Below are positions 48,866-60,539 of a stretch of DNA of 64,000 bases, in pieces. The notes below the pieces were generated by a model that did not search any database, was not told where the DNA came from, and saw only the letters and a list, made by a program, of their open reading frames with translations. The position numbers were made by a program, and so were the translations under genes. The number at the start of each line of letters is the position of its first letter. The first letter of the stretch is position 1. The DNA is from Phyllobates terribilis (lineage: Eukaryota). Location: NCBI RefSeq assembly GCF_046119375.1, contig NW_027362960.1, positions 930,001-994,000 on the forward strand, written 5' to 3'.

Positions 48866-49650
48866 ATGTAGCAGAGCCGCGTGTGTACGAGGCGTACGGA
48901 GCAGAGCCGCGCGTGTACGAGGCGTACGGAGCGCAGCCGCGCATGTACGAGGCGTGCGGAGCGCAGCCGCGCGGGTACGAGGTGTACGGAGCCGAGCCGC
49001 GCGTGTACGAGGCGTACGGAGCGGAGCCGCGCGTGTACGAGGCGTACGGAGTCGAGCCGCGCATGTACGAGGCGTACGGAGTCGAGCTGCGCGTGTACGA
49101 GGCGTACGGAGCCAAGCCGCGCGTGTACGAGGCGAACGGAGCCGAGCCGCGCGTGTACGAGGCGTACGGAGCGGAGCCGCGCGTGTATGAGGTGTACGGA
49201 GCCGAGCGTGTACGAGGCGTACGGAGCCGAGCCGCGCGTGTACGAGGCGTACGGAGCCGAGCCGCGCGTGTACGAGGCGTACGAAGCCGAGTCGCGCGTG
49301 TACGAGGCGTACGGAGCCGAGCCGCGCGTGTATGAGGCGTACGGAGCCGAGCCGCACGTGTAGCCGCGCGTGTACGAGGTGTACGGAGCAGAGCCGCGTG
49401 TGTACGAGGCGTGCGGAGCCGCGCGTGTACGAGGTGTGCGGAGCCGCGCGTGTACAAGGCGTGCGGAGTCGCGCGTTTACGAGGAATACGGAGCGGAGCC
49501 GCGTGTGTACGAGGCGTATGGAGCGAAGCCGCGCGTGTACGAGGCGGACGGAGCGGAGCCGCGCGTGTACGAGGCGGACGGAGCGGAGCCGCGCGTGTAC
49601 GAGGCGGACGGAGCGGAGTCGCGCGTGTACTAGGCGTACGGAGCGGAGCC
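48866..49650. repeat. 30-bp CpG-rich VNTR, about 26 units
   Basis: Same unit as 18500-18955, with more variants. Confidence 0.95.
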
Positions 49651-49792
49651 AAGTTACGTCGCCTCCTTCTTTCTTTCAATTGGAAACAGAGAGATTTTAT
49701 TTGAGGTGCTCAAAGAAGGAAAGAGAGCCTCCTACACTTAATTATATTATTTACTTTACTGGCTTTTATGGTGAGCTGGTTTTACATCAGTA

Positions 49793-50670
49793 GAGAGCCT
49801 CCATTATATCTAAGGTACACTAAGAGAGCCTCCTCCATTTTATCTGAGGTACACCGGGAGAGCCTCCTCCATTTTATCTGAGGTACACCGGGAGAGCCTC
49901 CTCCATTTTATCTGAGGTACACCGGGAGAGCCTCCTCCATTTTACCTGAGGTACACCGGGAGAGCCTCTTCCATTTTACCTGAGGTACATCTGGAGAGCC
50001 TCCTCCATTTTACCTGAGGTACGCCTGGAGAGCCTCCTCCATTTTACCTGAGGTACATCGGGAGAGTCTCCTCCATTTTACCTGAGGTACACCGGGAGAG
50101 CCTCCTCCATTTTACCTGAGGTACACCTGGAGAGCCTCCTCCATTTTACTTGAGGTACACCGGGAGAGCCTCCTCCATTTTACCTGAGGTACACCGGGAG
50201 AGCCTCCTCCATTTTACCTGAGGTACACCGGGAGAGCCTCCTCCATTTTACCTGAGGTACACCTGGAGGGCCTCCTCCATTTTACCTGAGGTACACCGGG
50301 AGAGCCTCCTCCATTTTACCTGAGGTACACCGGGAGAGCCTCCTCCATTTTACCTGAGGTACATCGGGAGAGCCTCCTCCATTTTACCTGAGGTACACCG
50401 GGAGAGCCTCCTCCATTTTACCTGAGGTACACCTGGAGGGCCTCCTCCATTTTACCTGAGGTACACCGGGAGAGCCTCCTCCATTTTACCTGAGGTACAC
50501 CGGGAGAGCCTCTTCCATTTTACCTGAGGTACACCGGGAGAGCCTCCTCCATTTTACCTGAGGTACATCGGGAGAGCCTCTTCCATTTTACCTGAGGTAC
50601 ACCGGGAGAGCCTCCTCCATTTTACCTGAGGTACACCGGGAGAGCCTCCTCCATTTTATCTGAGGTACAC
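49793..50670. repeat. 34-bp minisatellite, about 26 units
   Basis: gagagcctcctccattttacctgaggtacaccgg. Confidence 0.95.
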
Positions 50671-52649
50671 TGAAATAGAGCACATCTTCCATTGTACCCG
50701 ATGAAAACCGAGCATCCTCCATTTTATCTCAGGTAGGCTTTGTAAAAGCTCACAGGTTTTTCAGTGTAGGGCCTCATTCAGACGTCAGTGATTTTTCTCA
50801 TACTTAACAATCCAGTCTTATTTTCCTCAGTGTTTTGGATCAGATTTTCATCAGCTTTTGGTTTTTCAGAGTTGTCATAACGGTAAAAGGTGAACTTTGA
50901 CACATCATGGGCCTCTTTGGCGCCATTATTTGAATGCCCCTCTTATAAAGCTGTCTGACTGTTATATGTGTCTACATGTGGTTATATCCTTAAGAAGTGT
51001 CAACTTCGAAAGGTGTCGATAATAAAACGGCAATTAATACAGTTCTGTGTATCCTGATCCTTTCATCAATCTACCAGCAGCGTGGACCATCCATGTTTTT
51101 CCTCCATCTACTTTGGTTTGGTCTGACAACCTGTGGATCTGCAGCAGCTGATTACCCACGTCTTGATAACTGTTTTGTGAATACAGCCATACCAGGTTAG
51201 CATAACCCTGTTAAAAATATTTTATTTCATACCGGATAAGTCCCTATCGCACTTTCGCTCCTGAGCTCTTGTACAACTTTTAAACATCAGTGATTTTCTC
51301 ATATTCCCCAATGTGACAACACAGCATTTGTTCTTCATTAGGCCGGACATGTTTGTTCAGTGGGTCAAGAAACATAGGCCACTGTTATATGAGCCTTAAC
51401 GTTGACTCTTGAGTTGACGTTTGTTTCAGCATATTGTCTTGCTATCCTTGGATGACAGGAACGCAGGTCATTGAACAATTGATTTTTGCTAATATGTTGC
51501 TACCATTGTATCAGTCCAGGCAACTTGTTTACTTGCAAGCAGGGAAGGACAAACTATGCAGATTGATTAAATACTCAAACAATGAGAGTTGACCACATCT
51601 CACCTTCCCCCGGACCTGTGGATGATGGCCTGAAGGATAGTTGTGACCTATTGAAGGGGGGGGGGGACTGCTTCTGTTCCCCAGACAGAGACTCTACAGG
51701 ATGCCAGCTTAAGGGACCACAGCCCTAGCTGGAAGAATTCAGATCTGCTCAATTAACCATCACCTAACCCTCAAAAACGTTTTGAAGAATCCAGGTTGGG
51801 ACAATCAGGTCACAGCCTTACCAACACCAGGTCAGATCACCAAAGGCTGCATTTGTGTGCAATGTTGATGCTACACAGCCACTCACATATTTGACAATTC
51901 ATGGAGGCGTTGTTTTGCACCTGTGCGGCCCCCGCCTTTATCATGGAGTCTGCCGCGACCGTCTTGTGCTTTGGTGATCTGACCTGGTGTTGGTAAGGCT
52001 GTTTTTTTCTTTTTCTGTGATGTTTTTTTTGACAATCTGGTCACCTGGCCACATACCTCACTGCACTCGGTTAGCTTCCTAAACTTGCCGCTACGTCCTC
52101 TCTGTGGGTGCCCGGCAAAAGCTGGGTGCTACTGGTTGGGTTAGTAGTAGTGTTGAGCCACCCCCGTAGTGTTCGAGTTCGGTTCGGTTCGTCGAACACC
52201 CGTGTGTTCGCCGAACTGTTCGTCGAACTGTTCGTCGAACAACTTCGAACACCGTTAAAACCAATGGCAGGAAACAAAAACACATAGAAATACATAGAAA
52301 ACACCTTCAAAGGTGTCCAAAAGCTGACAAACTGCTCAGAAGACACAACTAACACATGGAAAAGTGACAAGTACATATAGTCATGCGAAAAGAAAAGAGG
52401 TGGAGGAGTAAAAGGAGGGGGAGACACAGATATAGGCATGTCATGCCCTTCTAAAATCCAAAAAGTGAGAAGCCGACACGTTCAGTCCGCTCCTGCCCGT
52501 GCCACCTCCGCGTCGCCGGGTTTGTGCCAGAGCCGCGGTGAACCCTGACGGCCAGCCCCCCTCTCCCAATACTGGTGCCTGTCCGCTGGTGGGTCGAGCG
52601 AGCCCCCCTGTGGTGGAGGCAGCTCTAAGCTTTTTAATTTAAATTGTCT

Positions 52650-52917
52650 CTCTAATTTGAATGAATACACTTTAAATCCATTTACAAGGATCTATTGGAG
52701 GGCAAGTCTCATGCCAGCAGCCGCGTAATTCCAGCTCCAGTAGCGTCCACTAAAGCTGCTGCAGTTAAAAAGCTTTTATAAGGATCGAGCTCGGCTGTCC
52801 ACCGCAAGGCATCCTACTGCCAGTCCCAGCCCCTATGCCTTGGGGTGCCTCCTGATGCTCTTCACTGAGTATCCCGTGGTCCCAAAGCATTTCCTTTGAA
52901 AAAATTAAGTGTCCAAA
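52650..52917 (+). pseudogene. Degenerate 18S rRNA fragment
   Basis: ttggagggcaagtct..tgccagcagccgcg-taattccagctcca...gctgcagttaaaaagct...tttgaaaaaatta matches the conserved 18S core, with many substitutions and indels. Confidence 0.88.
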
Positions 52918-53029
52918 CTACAGGTGGTGTAGCTTGCTTAACAGCCGGGATAATCCGCTGACTAGCAGACACTGCTACTAGGCACAAAGTATTTCCTGGG
53001 CTAGATGCAGTTAAAAATTTGTAATTAGA

Positions 53030-54856
53030 TACTCTCGTTGGATGCTGAGAAAGCATTCCATAGAGTCTCCTGGCACGCCATATATGATTCTCTTAAAAAG
53101 CTTGGGGTAGGGGTCTAGGGGACCCTTTTATAGCCAAAATCACGGCCCTGTATCGCAATACGTCACCTAGGCTGAAGATAAATGGAACTGTAGCACCCTG
53201 AGGGCTCGGTTGCTACAGAGGTATTGCACCTCACCCAGAGGTGTGATATCTCACTCTCAGGTAAGGATGTAGTGTGGATCAGGACCCGACACCTGCATGC
53301 ATTACACCACATTGCCGTGGGGCAGGGCGACCAATATGCCCCTGAGATGGGCACGACAGTCCCTGTCCCTGGCTGGAGTGGGGGGAGGGAACACTGAGGA
53401 AGGGGAACCCTGTAGTGCAGGAGCAGGGAGGAAGCAGTTCCTGGGTGCATTGAGAAGGGAGTATAAAAGGTGGGCACCATCTTAGTTCAGTGCAGAGAAG
53501 TCTGAGCAGAAGTGGCAGGGAGCAGGGGCTCTGCATGAGCTCTGCTCCGGAGGCGGGCCTTGTAACAGAGGCCCAGGCCTGGAAGAGGGAGAAGGAAGGA
53601 AGAGGAGCGGAGAAGGCTCCAGGAACGAGGAACGAAGGGATCCCAGGGGTGCGGACGGGCGAGTCGCCACCGCACGCCCGAATCCACCTGCGTGGAAGGG
53701 TCAGGCCAAAGGGGGAGACCGGTCCCCGAAACTAGTGGAGGCAGGAAACGACCCTCAGCTAGAAACAGGAGGCTGTGACATTTTATGTGGCGCAGCCCCT
53801 CGCTACACCCGCTAGGAAGGCACCACATAGGGTCAGGGAAACTGGCGCCAAGTTTACCAAGAGGAGGCCCGAGGCAGCCGGACAGAAGGGTTGGTAAGAA
53901 AGGCCAGACAAAGGACACACAAAGGGGGTCCTGTGAAGTGCTCCAAAGTTATCTGGGAGTTGTCTGAGCCCCTCACCTGGTGAGCACAGTACGACGTGGG
54001 CAGCCGTTACCTGCAGACGTGGTCTGGATAATAAGAACTGTGAGTAAAGGCCCTGGACTGAATCACTGACTCCGTGTCGTTACTGCTGCTGCCCTGCACC
54101 ATCACCCCCATCCTCCGCATACACTGCCCTGAGGCTATACTCCTCCCGTGGGGAGTTATGCTACGCTCTGCTGCACCCACAACACCAGCCTCAGCGGTCT
54201 GCCCTGGAGCGGCGGTTCATTCTGACCGCAATCCACGGGTGGCGTAGTCGGACATTTAAACATCAAAACCACATAAATAGTTCCGCCACTGGTTTGACCG
54301 CCCTGAGCCACGGAACCGGGTCGCCGCCACGGAGACTACAACCACCAGCATCCACCAAAAAGGGTCCGGCTCCGGGTGTCCCAAGGCCCAGGGGGCGCGT
54401 CAGAACATTTTCATCACCTTTCACAATCACCAATGGGACAAGGCAGGGATGTTCTCTGTCCCCTCTCTTATACATCCTAGTGACGGAGCACCTGCTCTCA
54501 TCAATTCGCCATAACCCCAATATTAGGTGGATTGAGGTGGGAGGCACCGAGTACAAGTGCTCTCTATTTGCTGATGATGTCCTAGTATATATCACTCAAT
54601 CACATATATCCATCCATGCTGTTATGGCTGAAATAGATCACTTTGTTACATGGTCAAATTTTAAAATCAATGCAGCGAAGTCTGAGGCCCTCGATGTCTC
54701 CCTTCCCAAATCCATATAGGATTCCATCCAGTCCAACTTTCCCTTTGCCTGGCCCTCACAGGGTATCAAATACTTAGGAATTCCTATTCATAGAGACCTC
54801 TCCCATCTATGTTATCTTAATTTTGGGCCCTTTATTGAACAACTCCATACAGACCA
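53030..54856 (+). mobile_element. L1/Tx1-type reverse transcriptase fragment split by a solo LTR
   Basis: SLDAEKAF before the LTR; GTRQGCSLSPLLY and SLFADDVLVY after it. Confidence 0.85.
53189..54402. mobile_element. Solo LTR, 1214 bp
   Basis: TG...CA bounds; 4-bp TSD GAAC (53185-53188, 54403-54406); the terminus resembles the reverse complement of the 38033 LTR end. Confidence 0.87.
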
Positions 54857-56410
54857 CGGTTGGCAAGTTAGAACTGTAAGATTCACTACGTGAACCACTG
54901 GTGTTTTGTGGAAAAGCACATGTACACTGTGTTCCAAATTATTATGCAAAAAGTGTTTAGGAGTGATAAGGGAAGAATTTGTTTGTTTGTCAGTTAAACT
55001 CATTGATGGTGATGTGTGTCAGGGCTCTTTATATCACTGTAAGCAATTGCAGACACCTGTGCTAATTAGTTTGGCAGGTGTGTCCAATGAAAGGCAAGAC
55101 TACTTAAGAAGGCTGTCTCACATTATTAAGCAGCCTACATTTTCTGCCAAAATGGGAAAGAAAAAGGATGTGTCGGCTGCTGAGAAGCAACAAATTGTGG
55201 AGTGTTTAGGTCAAGGCATGACTACAATCAACATTGTGCGATGATCAGGATGAAGTGTCTTGGCAATCAAGAAGTATGTAGCTGATTCACAGTACACACG
55301 TGTGCGTGCTGATAAGGGCAAATTGAGGACTCTTTCCTACAGGCAATTACGTCAGGTTGAAACAGCAGCGGCAAAAAAGCCTTGTCATAGCAGCAGACAA
55401 GTTTTTGAAGCTGCTGGTGCCTCCAACGTCCCCCGAACAACAAGATGCAGGGTCCTTCAGAGGTTTGCAGCTGTGCATACTCCGACCTTCTCTATCCACT
55501 TCACACAAGCAGAAACGGCTCCAGTGGGCCAAACATTACATGAAGACTGATTTCAAAACTGTTTTGTTCACGGATGAGTGCCGTGCAGCGCTCGATGGTC
55601 CAGATGGATGGAGTGGAGGATGGCTGGTTGATGGACACCCCACGCAAACACGGCTACAGCGCCAACAAGGAGGAGGTGGAGTAATGTTTTGGGCTGGAAT
55701 CATGGGGAGAGAGATTGTCGGCCCCTTTAGGATCCCTGAAGGCGCTAAAGATGAACTCCATAATGTATGTGGATTTTCTCAAACAGCACTTCCTGCCATG
55801 GTTCAAGAAGAAGAACCGTGTATTTCACAGCAAGATCATTTTTTTGCATGATAATGCACCATCTCATGCTGCACATAAAACATCTGCATCTCTGGCTGAT
55901 ATGGGCATAAAAGGGGACAAACTTATGGTGTGACCCCCATGCTCCCCTGACCTCTACCCCATTCAGAACCTTTGGAGCATCATTAAAAGGAGTGTCTATG
56001 ATGGCGGGAGGCAGTTCACATCTAAGCAACAGCTCTGGGAGGGTATTCTGTCCTCATGCAAAACAATTGAAGCAGAAACCATCCAAAACCTGACAAATTC
56101 AATGGACGAGAGAGTTCAGAAGCTCCTTTCGAACAAGGGGTCCTATGTGAAAATGTAACATCACCTAGAATAAAGTTTTGAGTTGAAAACTGTTTGATTT
56201 CAGTTTCTAACAACCTGCTAATGCTTATAATTTCAAAAATGACCATTTTTTTGGTCTTTATTAAAATGAAAAGGTTGATCGAAAAGTTTGGGGGATCTAA
56301 GAGTGTGGCAACCCAGTAGTCATGATTACTTCGAATTCTGACAATATGAGGGTCATGCTGCAGGTAGTGCAGCAAGAAGGCACTTATGTGTCTTGCGCAT
56401 CTCGGAGCCC
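54857..56410 (-). pseudogene. Relic second hAT transposase (pieces 54857-54924 and 56284-56410) split by a Tc1
   Basis: The pieces match 57180-57250 and 57340-57460 of the intact ORF (HYLQHDPHIVRIRSNHDYWVATLLDP). Confidence 0.75.
54925..56280 (+). mobile_element. Tc1 element of a second family, 3' truncated and frameshifted
   Basis: TA followed by cactgtgttccaaattattatgcaaa; VLFTDEC, FLHDNAPSH and PDLYPIQNLWSIIKR. Confidence 0.85.
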
Positions 56411-56726
56411 CAAAATTATTTTCCGGGCTAGATGCAGCTAAAAATTATTATTAATTTTAAATCTGGTGAAGCTTTAGTATAGATGGCCTAATAGGATCAG
56501 TGCTACACACTGCTACAAAGCCCAAATTATTTTCCAGTCAAGATACAGATAAACATGATTAGTAATTTTAAATCTGGTGGAGCTTATTATAGATGGCCTA
56601 ATAGAATCAGTGCTGCACACTGCTACAAAGCCCAAATTATTTTCCAGCCAAGATACAGATAAACATGATTAGTAATTTGAAAGCTTAAAACGGTTGGTAG
56701 GGTGATTTTAACCAATCATCAAGCTT

Positions 56727-59700
56727 TTACTCTCCCCAGGATGACACAGGGGTAGAAAAGTCATTTCGGATCCATGATTTGTTCATCTTTATGAACGTGA
56801 GTCTGTCTACATTATCAGTGGAGAGCCGCGTGCGCTTATCTGTCAGCACACCACCAGCAGCGCTGAACACACGTTCAGACAGAACGCTGGCTGCGGAGCA
56901 TGACAAGATCTCCAAGGCGTAAGTGGCTAGCTCCGGCCATTTATCCAGATTGGAAGCCCAAAAAGAGCAAGGGTCCAGTGACACAGTCATGGCTTCAATG
57001 TTTACTTGGAGATACTCCTGTACCATCGTCTCTAGGCGTTGACTATGTGTCAGACTTCTTGTCTCCTGTGGCCTTGCAAAGGATGGGCTAAAAAAGTGGT
57101 GAAATGATTCCGCAAAATTGATGTTACCAGCAGATACTGTGGTTCTGTTACGGTTTGAGTGCTGAACACTTGACGGTCCCACGGTTGGCAAGTTGGAACT
57201 GTGAGATTCACTACGTGCACCACTGGTATTTTGTGGAAAAGCACATGTAAGATTCTGCAGCAGTCTCTGCTGATACTCCTGCATGCGTGCATCCCTTTCT
57301 ATGGCAGGAATAATTTCTGCAAATTTACTTTTGTACCGGGGATCTAACAGTGTGGCAACCCAGTAGTCAGGATTATTTCTAATTCTCACAATTCGAGGGT
57401 CATGTTGCAGGTAGTGCAGCAAGAAGGCACTCATGTGTGTTGCGCATCCAGGAGCACCAAGTCCCTGTTGTGTTGGTGGCGAGGTAACAATCATGCTTCC
57501 TTCCTCTGTCCTCTCCCCCCAACCTCGCACAACAGAAATGTGATCAAGGTCTCCCTCATCTGATGAGTCTTCCATCAGTTCGTCCTCCACTTCTTCCTGG
57601 GCTCCTGCACCTTCCTCACTAGTTTGGCTGCTACCATGCGCCCTGGTAAAACCATCTCCCCCACCCTCACATGCCTGCCGCCTTGGTGCTGCCGACCGTC
57701 TGGACCTTGCAGATGTTAGCCCTTCCGCATACAACTCCTCCTCCTCTACTTCCTCCACCTCCTCTTGTGCCACCACCTGACTCCGAATTCTGTTTAACAT
57801 GTGCTCCAGCATGTAAATCACCGGAATAGTCATGCTGATAATGGCATCGTCAGCACTAAACATCTTCGTCGCCATTTCAAAACTGTGCAGAAGGGTGCAT
57901 AGGTCCCTGATCTGAGACCACTCCTCCAGCGTGATTTGCCCCACCTCTGGATCTCGTTGGCCCAGGCTATACGTCAGAACGTATTGCACCAGGGCTTGTC
58001 GGTGCTGCCACAGTCGCTGCAACATGTGCAGAGTTGAATTCCACCGGGTAGGCACATCGCATTTTAGCCGGTGAAGTGGCAGGCCCAACGACTTCTGTAG
58101 AGATGTAAGTCGCTGAGCTGCGGGATGCGAACGGCGGAAGTGAGCACACAGCGACCGTGCCCTCTGCAGAAGGCCATCTAGTCTGGGATAGTGGGCTAAA
58201 AATTGCCGGACAACCAGGTTCAACACGTGAGCCATACAAGGCACGTGTGTGACATTGCCCCGGCGAAGGGCCGCACCCAGGTTTGCAGCATTGTCGCACA
58301 CGGCCTTCCCTGGTTTCAGGTCCAGTGGAGACAACCATTCATGAAATTGGTTCTCCAGAGCTGACCACAACTCCTCAGCTGTGTGACTCACATTTCCCAG
58401 ACATTTCAATGTAAAAACCGCCTGATGACGTTGAGCCCTACTGCCAGCATAGTAAGGAGGTGTGCAGGATCCCTTCTGCGCAGTTAGAAAGCTTGTGGCA
58501 TGACCAGACAGGCTTTGGGTGTAGGTGGAAGACCGAGAGGAGGTTGAGGAGGCAGAAGCAGTGGAGGAACTTTGACATAAAGAGGATTGACGCACAACTC
58601 GTGGGGACGGCAAGACTTGGACAGCAGCCCCTTGTCCTGCTGTCACCATAGTTACCCAGTGCCCAGTCAGCGACATGTAACGCCCCTGTCCATGCCTACT
58701 CGTCCAAGTGTCTGTGGTGAAATGCACCCTGTCACACACAGAGTTTCTCAAAGAAGAGGTGATGTTGTGTGCGACATGCTGGTGGAGCGCAGGCACACCT
58801 TTCTTTGAGAAGTAGTGCCGACTGGGCATCTGGTACTGGGGCACTGCGACGGACATAAGGTCTCGAAAATCCTCTGTGTCCACCAGGCGGAAGGGCAGCA
58901 TTTCTGTAGCCAAGAGCTTGCAGATGGTGAAATTCAACCTCTTAGCTTTCTCATGGCTAGGAGGAAATGGTCTTTTACTTGTCCACATCTGAGGGACCGA
59001 GGGCTGGCTACTGTGCTTAGACGGGGTTGATAAGGGTGTCCCCGGCAAACTGCCGGTCTGTGAGGAAGATGCAGGCGGACATGTTAGGTTGCCTTGATCC
59101 AAAGGTGGTGCTATCGATGTCGGACAGCGCTCAACACCAGCTGGTGTTACCACCTCCAAAGAAAATGATGACCTGCCAATCACGCTGGCTGTTGCGGGTA
59201 AAGAGGTGGCAGGTCTGCGCCCCAAAACAGGTGTGACTGCTGTCCCCCCAGTCACAGAGGATGAAGAGGCCGCGGATGCACAAGATATGGCAGACGGTGG
59301 TTGGCCCGGCCGGCTAGGCCGCATTGTAGCACACTGAGCTTCCCACTGCAACTTATGCTTCATGTCCATGTGCCGGTTCATGCATGAAGTACTCAAACTA
59401 TGTATTTTTTGGCCTCTACTTAGCTTTTGCTGACAAATGTTACAGATAACACGAGTTGGGTCATCTTTATCGATCTGAAAAAATGCCCAGGCTATGCAAG
59501 GCTTAGCACCCATGCGACCTGAAGAGCCACCACGACTTGTGGTGAGAGGCAGAGTTGTGTTTGAGGATGCAGTTGTTGACGTGCTTCCAGTACTACGTCT
59601 CTGTCCAGGAAGACGCAACCTGACCTCGTCGTCACTAGCATCTTCCTCCACCTCCTCTGCTGACCTCATCTCTTGGCTGACTGTGGGTTGACAGTAAGTG

Positions 59701-60428
59701 GGATCTCCAACCTCATCATCATCACCCTGTGCGTTATCACACCCGTCGTCCTCAGAACCAACCTGTTCCTGCCCTGACAAAAAACTAAAGTTGTCGCTCC
59801 AATCAGGTATTTGAGTCTTATCATCGTCTTCCTCATTGTCTCCACCAACAGGAGTTACAGTTTGGGAATGAGGGTCTACATTATGGTCAGAACCTTCTGC
59901 GTCTGGTCCTGGATCCGACTCATAAAGATTCTGGGCATCAGTGCAGATCATTTCCTCGTCTGGATTCACAGAAGCGCTGGAGTCGACCTCTGATTCCCAG
60001 GCTATAGTATGAGTAAACAGCTCTGCAGACTCAACCATCTGTTCTACCTCATACTCAGACGGGCAGCTGGAGATTTGGGAGCTGTGAGGAAGCAAGTGCG
60101 ATTGGGGTGACACCTTTGAGGACTGGAGTATTTGTGATGTTGAAGTTGATGTGGAGGAGAGCCCACTTAAAGGAGCACTTGATATCCGTTGAAGCACCTG
60201 CTGTTTTTGTGCCTCATCTGGAATTTGTAGCGATTGGCGTGGCCGTAAGAAAGGGATCTTATCACATTGTCCGCTAAAAGAAGTAGACATTTTAGTTTGG
60301 CTGGAAGATGGTCTTTCTTCTGCAGATGTTACTGTTGCTTTAACACCTACCCCACGGACACAACCTTTTTTCCCCTTCCCAACACGCCTATTCCCCTTTC
60401 CACCAGCAGCAGGCCTTTTTCCACTCAT
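56727..60428 (-). CDS. hAT transposase, ZBED-like, 1233 aa, uninterrupted
   Basis: BED finger (WAFF...CNIC...HMDMKH); FTTDTW, VCDNAAN, CMAH, TRWNST, SERVFS (DDE plus CxxH); C-terminal dimerisation motif RTRLSTDNVDRLTFIKMN. Confidence 0.95.
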   Translation of the reverse strand: MSGKRPAAGGKGNRRVGKGKKGCVRGVGVKATVTSAEERPSSSQTKMSTSFSGQCDKIPFLRPRQSLQIPDEAQKQQVLQRISSAPLSGLSSTSTSTSQILQSSKVSPQSHLLPHSSQISSCPSEYEVEQMVESAELFTHTIAWESEVDSSASVNPDEEMICTDAQNLYESDPGPDAEGSDHNVDPHSQTVTPVGGDNEEDDDKTQIPDWSDNFSFLSGQEQVGSEDDGCDNAQGDDDEVGDPTYCQPTVSQEMRSAEEVEEDASDDEVRLRLPGQRRSTGSTSTTASSNTTLPLTTSRGGSSGRMGAKPCIAWAFFQIDKDDPTRVICNICQQKLSRGQKIHSLSTSCMNRHMDMKHKLQWEAQCATMRPSRPGQPPSAISCASAASSSSVTGGTAVTPVLGRRPATSLPATASVIGRSSFSLEVVTPAGVERCPTSIAPPLDQGNLTCPPASSSQTGSLPGTPLSTPSKHSSQPSVPQMWTSKRPFPPSHEKAKRLNFTICKLLATEMLPFRLVDTEDFRDLMSVAVPQYQMPSRHYFSKKGVPALHQHVAHNITSSLRNSVCDRVHFTTDTWTSRHGQGRYMSLTGHWVTMVTAGQGAAVQVLPSPRVVRQSSLCQSSSTASASSTSSRSSTYTQSLSGHATSFLTAQKGSCTPPYYAGSRAQRHQAVFTLKCLGNVSHTAEELWSALENQFHEWLSPLDLKPGKAVCDNAANLGAALRRGNVTHVPCMAHVLNLVVRQFLAHYPRLDGLLQRARSLCAHFRRSHPAAQRLTSLQKSLGLPLHRLKCDVPTRWNSTLHMLQRLWQHRQALVQYVLTYSLGQRDPEVGQITLEEWSQIRDLCTLLHSFEMATKMFSADDAIISMTIPVIYMLEHMLNRIRSQVVAQEEVEEVEEEELYAEGLTSARSRRSAAPRRQACEGGGDGFTRAHGSSQTSEEGAGAQEEVEDELMEDSSDEGDLDHISVVRGWGERTEEGSMIVTSPPTQQGLGAPGCATHMSAFLLHYLQHDPRIVRIRNNPDYWVATLLDPRYKSKFAEIIPAIERDARMQEYQQRLLQNLTCAFPQNTSGARSESHSSNLPTVGPSSVQHSNRNRTTVSAGNINFAESFHHFFSPSFARPQETRSLTHSQRLETMVQEYLQVNIEAMTVSLDPCSFWASNLDKWPELATYALEILSCSAASVLSERVFSAAGGVLTDKRTRLSTDNVDRLTFIKMNKSWIRNDFSTPVSSWGE

Positions 60429-60539
60429 TTTGGTGGTTAACTAATTCACAACTCTGGAGTTGTTTGCACAAAAAAACAATGGATGGGAACCGAGCAGAGC
60501 TGAGTGGCCAAACTGTGGTATTAGGCCAAAACTATTGGC

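Larger units (their letters stand above)
37048..52147 (+). repeat. Segmental duplication of 1-21419
   Basis: Colinear, a few percent diverged by eye; differs in the hAT insertion, finger number, fucolectin structure and VNTR lengths. Confidence 0.97.

Noticed and set aside
52465-52640. Possible 28S or rDNA spacer origin of the GC-rich segment
   Set aside because: I could not match it to any conserved rRNA motif; left unassigned.
52650-52917. Functional 18S rRNA gene
   Set aside because: Only about 270 bp, with indels in invariant positions and no operon context.
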